DNA of 62,956 nucleotides, counting the filler. It is 6 parts of 6 records of this genome, joined end to end, with 100 filler letters (N's around TTAATTAATTAA, not from the genome) between each part and the next. Parts side by side here need not be neighbours in the genome. Positions count along the whole stretch, not along the records: positions 57,585 to 62,956 come from SRR20825006_2652; 5 more parts are not named here. One strand, 5' to 3'. The notes under the pieces are model-generated. The model was not told the DNA's origin. It saw only the letters and a program-made list of their open reading frames with translations, and made no database searches. This document shows, one piece after another, positions 58,888 to 62,956 of the stretch (position 1 is its first letter; every line of letters starts with the position of its first letter). Both the position numbers and the translations under genes were made by a program.

Positions 58888-61800
58888 ATGCAAAAAAAGT
58901 GTGTAATAAGAGATAAGTGTATACTATTATTTACCCTGCTTATCTTTTCAATTGGAACGTATTCCCTATTTGGGAATACCAGGGGTATTAATTTATTTGA
59001 TTTAGCTGCATACCAACATCGGATTAAAGGAGTGGTCACTGATACTAATGGCATTCCTATTCAAGGTGTAAACGTAAAATTGCAAGACGCATCTCAGGGA
59101 ACGTTCACTAATGAAGATGGCATCTTTTATTTAGAGGCCAGTCCTTCCGATGTTTTGGTTGTCAGTTATATTGGTTTTAAAACCCTTGTAGTAAAAGTGG
59201 GAGATACCGAAGAACTTTCCTTGGTATTGGAAGAAGATGTTACCGATTTAGGTGCTGTTACGGTTAATGCTGGATATTACACGGTATCTGAAAAAGAACG
59301 TACGGGAAGTATTTCTAAAATCACTGCTGCAGCTATTGAGGAACAACCCGTCACTAATGTATTAGCTACCATGCAGGGACAGATGCCAGGAGTAAATATT
59401 TCCCAAACCACTGGAATGCCAGGGGGTGGATTTTCCATCCAGATACGAGGACAAAATAGTTTGCGATTGGATGCCAATGCCCCACTCTATGTTATTGATG
59501 GCGTTCCCTATGCCTCCGAAGGAATTGGATCTAACAGTACATCAGGTGTACTTGCTGGAAGCACGAGTCCACTAAACAGTATTAATCCTGATAACATTGC
59601 GAGTATCGAGGTATTAAAGGATGCTGATGCCACTGCTATTTATGGTTCTCGTGGAGCTAATGGTGTGGTGCTTATTACCACTAAAAAAGGAAAAGCTGGT
59701 AAAACCCAAATAGTAGCAAATTATTCCTATGGCTTAGGACAAGTTACCCGCTTCATTGATTTAATGGATACCACTGCGTACTTACAAATGCGAAGGGAAG
59801 CTTTTGCCAATGATGGAATTACCAATTATCCCTCCAATGCTTATGATGTAAATGGAACTTGGGATCAACATCGATATACGGATTGGCAAGAGGTTCTTAC
59901 AGGCGGTTCAGCAGCATATACCAATGCTGGAATCAGTATTTCAGGTGGAGGCTCACAAACCAATTTCTTCCTGAGCGGTAATTTTTTAAATCAAACTACA
60001 GTATTTCCTGGGGATTTTCGTTATCAAAAAGGAAATGTTCACTTGGGAATAAACCATACCTCTACTGATCAAAAGTTTTCAGTTTCTTTTTCAGGAACGT
60101 ATACTACTCAGGATAACAACCTGCCTTATACCGACCTTACATACATCTCTAGAACGCTCCCACCAAATGCCCCTGCGCTCTATAACTCCGATGAAAGCCT
60201 TAATTGGGAAAACGGAACCTTCAACAATCCTTTGAGCGCTTTTGAAGGGGAATTCAATGCAATCACCTATGATCTAGTTGCCAATAGTCTTATTTCCTAC
60301 AAACCTTTTAGAGGATTGGAACTTAGCTCCTCTTTTGGTTATACTAATTTACAACATAGGGAAAACAACTCTAATCCCTCTACGCTATACAACCCTGCCT
60401 TCGGAATAGGTCCTGACAATTCTGCAATTTTCCTAACTCAAACTAATAGAGATTCATGGATTATTGAGCCTCGGCTACGTTATCAAACCAAACTAGGGAC
60501 TCTGTCCATGGATTTTCTAACTGGCGCCACCTTTCAAAATCGAACAAATTACAATCTGGGACAACTTGCTATTGGGTTTCCCTCTAATAGTCTAATCCAT
60601 AATTTAGAAGCGGCATCCTCCATACAAGTGAACGGTTATGATAATGCTATGTATAGATACCAAGCTTTGTTTGGAAGAGTAAATCTAAATTTTAAAGGAC
60701 GCTATATTTTAAACCTAACAGGAAGACGTGATGGTTCCTCTCGTTTTGGACCCGGGAATCAATTTGCTAATTTCGGAGCTATTGGAGCTGCTTGGTTATT
60801 CGCTGAAGAAACTTGGGTTAAGAAAGGACTACCCTTTATCAGTTTCGGAAAACTTAGAGGAAGCTATGGAACTACTGGAAGTGACCAGATTGGTGATTAT
60901 CAATATTTAGATACCTACGCTACGTCGGGAGGACTCTATGGTGGAAATGTAGGACTTACCCCTACTCGTTTATTTAATTCCAACTTTGGATGGGAAACTA
61001 ATAAAAAACTGGAACTGGCACTAGAAACAGGGTTTCTAAAAGATAGGTTATTTTTTACCACTGCTTGGTATAAAAATCGATCTTCCAATCAATTGGTGGG
61101 CATTCCGCTACCCGCTACTACTGGCTTTACTTCTATTCAAGCGAATTTAAATGCCACTGTAGAAAATCAGGGGTGGGAATTTACACTTCGAAGCGTCAAC
61201 CTCAACCATAAGGATTGGAACTGGACGACCAATATGAACCTGACCATCCCAGAAAACAAACTATTATCCTTCCCCGACTTAGAAGGCTCTACTTATCGAA
61301 ATCGCCTCGTTATTGGCAAGGCTTTAAATATCGACAAAGTATATCACTACACAGGTCTTAATAGTGATACTGGAGTTTACGAATTCGAGGATTACAATAA
61401 CGATGGTGCCATTGCATCTCCAGATGACAGGCAATTCATTCAGGACTTAAATCCCAAATTCTTTGGAGGGATTCAAAATCAAATCTCCTATAAACAGTTC
61501 AAGTTTGACTTTTTATTTCAATTTGTTAAAAAAGAGGCACCAAATGCATTTGCTTCTTTTGGTATGCCCGGACTAATGAGCAATCAACCATTAGAAGTAT
61601 CTGATAGGTGGCAAAATCCAAATACATTAGGCACCTATCAGCGTTACTCCACTGGTGTTGATACAGAAATACGTAATGGTTACCTAAACTATCAACAGAG
61701 TAATGCAGCTATTTCTGATGCCTCTTTCATCAGGCTTAAAAACTTATCCATCTCTTATACGATTCCGAAGAAATGGTTCTATGATATAGAGTGCCGCATT

Positions 61801-61923
61801 TTTATGCAAGGGCAAAACTTACTCACCTTTACGCCCTATAAAGGAGGGGATCCAGAGTTTGAGTTTTCAGGACGTTTACCACCCTTAAAACTTTTCACCA
61901 CTGGCATTGAACTACGCTTTTAA
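58888..61923 (+). CDS. SusC/RagA family TonB-linked outer membrane protein
   Basis: IQIRGQNS, PLYVIDGVP, IEVLKDADATAIYGSRGANGVVLITTK, RRDGSSRFG, WETNKK. Confidence 0.96.
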   Translation: MQKKCVIRDKCILLFTLLIFSIGTYSLFGNTRGINLFDLAAYQHRIKGVVTDTNGIPIQGVNVKLQDASQGTFTNEDGIFYLEASPSDVLVVSYIGFKTLVVKVGDTEELSLVLEEDVTDLGAVTVNAGYYTVSEKERTGSISKITAAAIEEQPVTNVLATMQGQMPGVNISQTTGMPGGGFSIQIRGQNSLRLDANAPLYVIDGVPYASEGIGSNSTSGVLAGSTSPLNSINPDNIASIEVLKDADATAIYGSRGANGVVLITTKKGKAGKTQIVANYSYGLGQVTRFIDLMDTTAYLQMRREAFANDGITNYPSNAYDVNGTWDQHRYTDWQEVLTGGSAAYTNAGISISGGGSQTNFFLSGNFLNQTTVFPGDFRYQKGNVHLGINHTSTDQKFSVSFSGTYTTQDNNLPYTDLTYISRTLPPNAPALYNSDESLNWENGTFNNPLSAFEGEFNAITYDLVANSLISYKPFRGLELSSSFGYTNLQHRENNSNPSTLYNPAFGIGPDNSAIFLTQTNRDSWIIEPRLRYQTKLGTLSMDFLTGATFQNRTNYNLGQLAIGFPSNSLIHNLEAASSIQVNGYDNAMYRYQALFGRVNLNFKGRYILNLTGRRDGSSRFGPGNQFANFGAIGAAWLFAEETWVKKGLPFISFGKLRGSYGTTGSDQIGDYQYLDTYATSGGLYGGNVGLTPTRLFNSNFGWETNKKLELALETGFLKDRLFFTTAWYKNRSSNQLVGIPLPATTGFTSIQANLNATVENQGWEFTLRSVNLNHKDWNWTTNMNLTIPENKLLSFPDLEGSTYRNRLVIGKALNIDKVYHYTGLNSDTGVYEFEDYNNDGAIASPDDRQFIQDLNPKFFGGIQNQISYKQFKFDFLFQFVKKEAPNAFASFGMPGLMSNQPLEVSDRWQNPNTLGTYQRYSTGVDTEIRNGYLNYQQSNAAISDASFIRLKNLSISYTIPKKWFYDIECRIFMQGQNLLTFTPYKGGDPEFEFSGRLPPLKLFTTGIELRF

Positions 61924-61941
61924 TCTTCAAAATATAAAACA

Positions 61942-62956
61942 ATGAAAATACATAAGAATATCATCTATAACATTATCACACCGATCAGTTTGTTGATTTT
62001 CTGTGCTGGTTGCGAATCTTTTGTAGAAATTCCACTACCTGATACGGAACTCAATACCTCCTTTGTTTTTGAGGATGTTGCAACAGCTGAGGCTGCCATA
62101 ACCGCAATCTATGCATCACTAAGAGATGAAGGACTTTTGACTGGAAAAGTTTCTGGAATATCACATCAATTAGGAGTCTACAGTGATGAACTTACTTATT
62201 ATGGTCCTTCAGAAAATCTGAGCTATCAATTTTATTTAAACAATCTTTCCGCTTCAGATACTCGAATGGAATCCCTGTGGAATTATAGCTACGAGCAGTT
62301 ATATGCAGCCAACTCTGCGTTGGAGGGCATTAGACAGAGTAGCGCATTAAGCGAAGAACAAAGAATTTTCCTCACGGGAGAAGCGCTATTTCTAAGAGGA
62401 CTTATTCATTTTTATTTGGTGAACCTCTATGGTGACATTCCCTATGCAGACAGTACCGATTATAACCAAAATAGCACATCAGCTAGAATGGAAAGCACTA
62501 CCGTTTATCAATATATCATAGAGGATTTACAAACTGCGGTGAAACAATTACCCACAGCCTACCACTCTCCTGATCGGGTACGTCCAAACCGAGCTGCAGC
62601 ACAGTCACTTCTTGCAAGAGTGTACTTATTCCAAGGCGACTGGCAGAACGCTTCTAATATGGCATCAGCAGTTTTAAATCAAACAGACCGCTACCTTTTA
62701 GAAAGTCCAGCACTCACCTTCTTAAAAGGAAGTACATCCACCATTTGGCAATTGAGTCCTTCCCAGGTGGGATACAACACCCATGAAGCCAGCACCTTTA
62801 TCTTTACAGCTGGTCCTCCCCCACAATCTGCATTGAGTGAGGACTTAGTAGCTGCCTTTTCCAATGAAGACTTAAGAAAGGATGCATGGATTCATTCTAT
62901 TCATGACGCATCAGAAACGTGGTACATGCTGGAAATTCTTGCCAAACTGACCCATG
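61942..62956 (+). CDS. SusD/RagB family lipoprotein (3' truncated by window end)
   Basis: ATG 61942: MKIHKNIIYNIITPISLLIFCAGCESFVEI..., GEALFLRG...LVNLYGDIP, AAQSLLARVYL; open to window end, absent from ORF track. Confidence 0.92.
   Translation, partial: MKIHKNIIYNIITPISLLIFCAGCESFVEIPLPDTELNTSFVFEDVATAEAAITAIYASLRDEGLLTGKVSGISHQLGVYSDELTYYGPSENLSYQFYLNNLSASDTRMESLWNYSYEQLYAANSALEGIRQSSALSEEQRIFLTGEALFLRGLIHFYLVNLYGDIPYADSTDYNQNSTSARMESTTVYQYIIEDLQTAVKQLPTAYHSPDRVRPNRAAAQSLLARVYLFQGDWQNASNMASAVLNQTDRYLLESPALTFLKGSTSTIWQLSPSQVGYNTHEASTFIFTAGPPPQSALSEDLVAAFSNEDLRKDAWIHSIHDASETWYMLEILAKLTH

Overview
This window is not one locus. It is six contigs joined by identical 100-nt artificial spacers (N44-TTAATTAATTAA-N44), from at least three organisms. 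(1) 1-25841 is a moderately GC-rich alphaproteobacterium (Kordiimonas-like, by inference). It carries dapF-mtaB-ftsY, three sulfotransferase-like genes, a heme-type TonB receptor/cytochrome b561 unit divergent from a DUF6607-like lipoprotein, rimO, an FMN riboswitch with ribB, ornithine decarboxylase, a hybrid kinase and glgB/glgP. (2,3) 25942-33400 and 33501-42405 are high-GC Hyphomicrobiales (Devosia-like, by inference), with hrpB, a HerA-like ATPase, a permuted tmRNA and thyA...folA-hflK-hflC. (4-6) 42506-62956 are AT-rich Flavobacteriaceae. They carry a TPP riboswitch with a TonB receptor, two-component genes, ffh, a heme receptor-HmuY-DoxX operon divergent from a second DUF6607-like gene, and an HTH gene divergent from susC-susD. 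Two signals stand out. First, the same uncharacterised His-rich exported protein family sits head-to-head with a heme-type receptor, across Fur-like boxes, in two different phyla. Second, a ~650-nt, densely structured non-coding region with a two-state RNA switch lies between the HTH gene and susCD. All family names come from motif recognition by eye; no searches were run.
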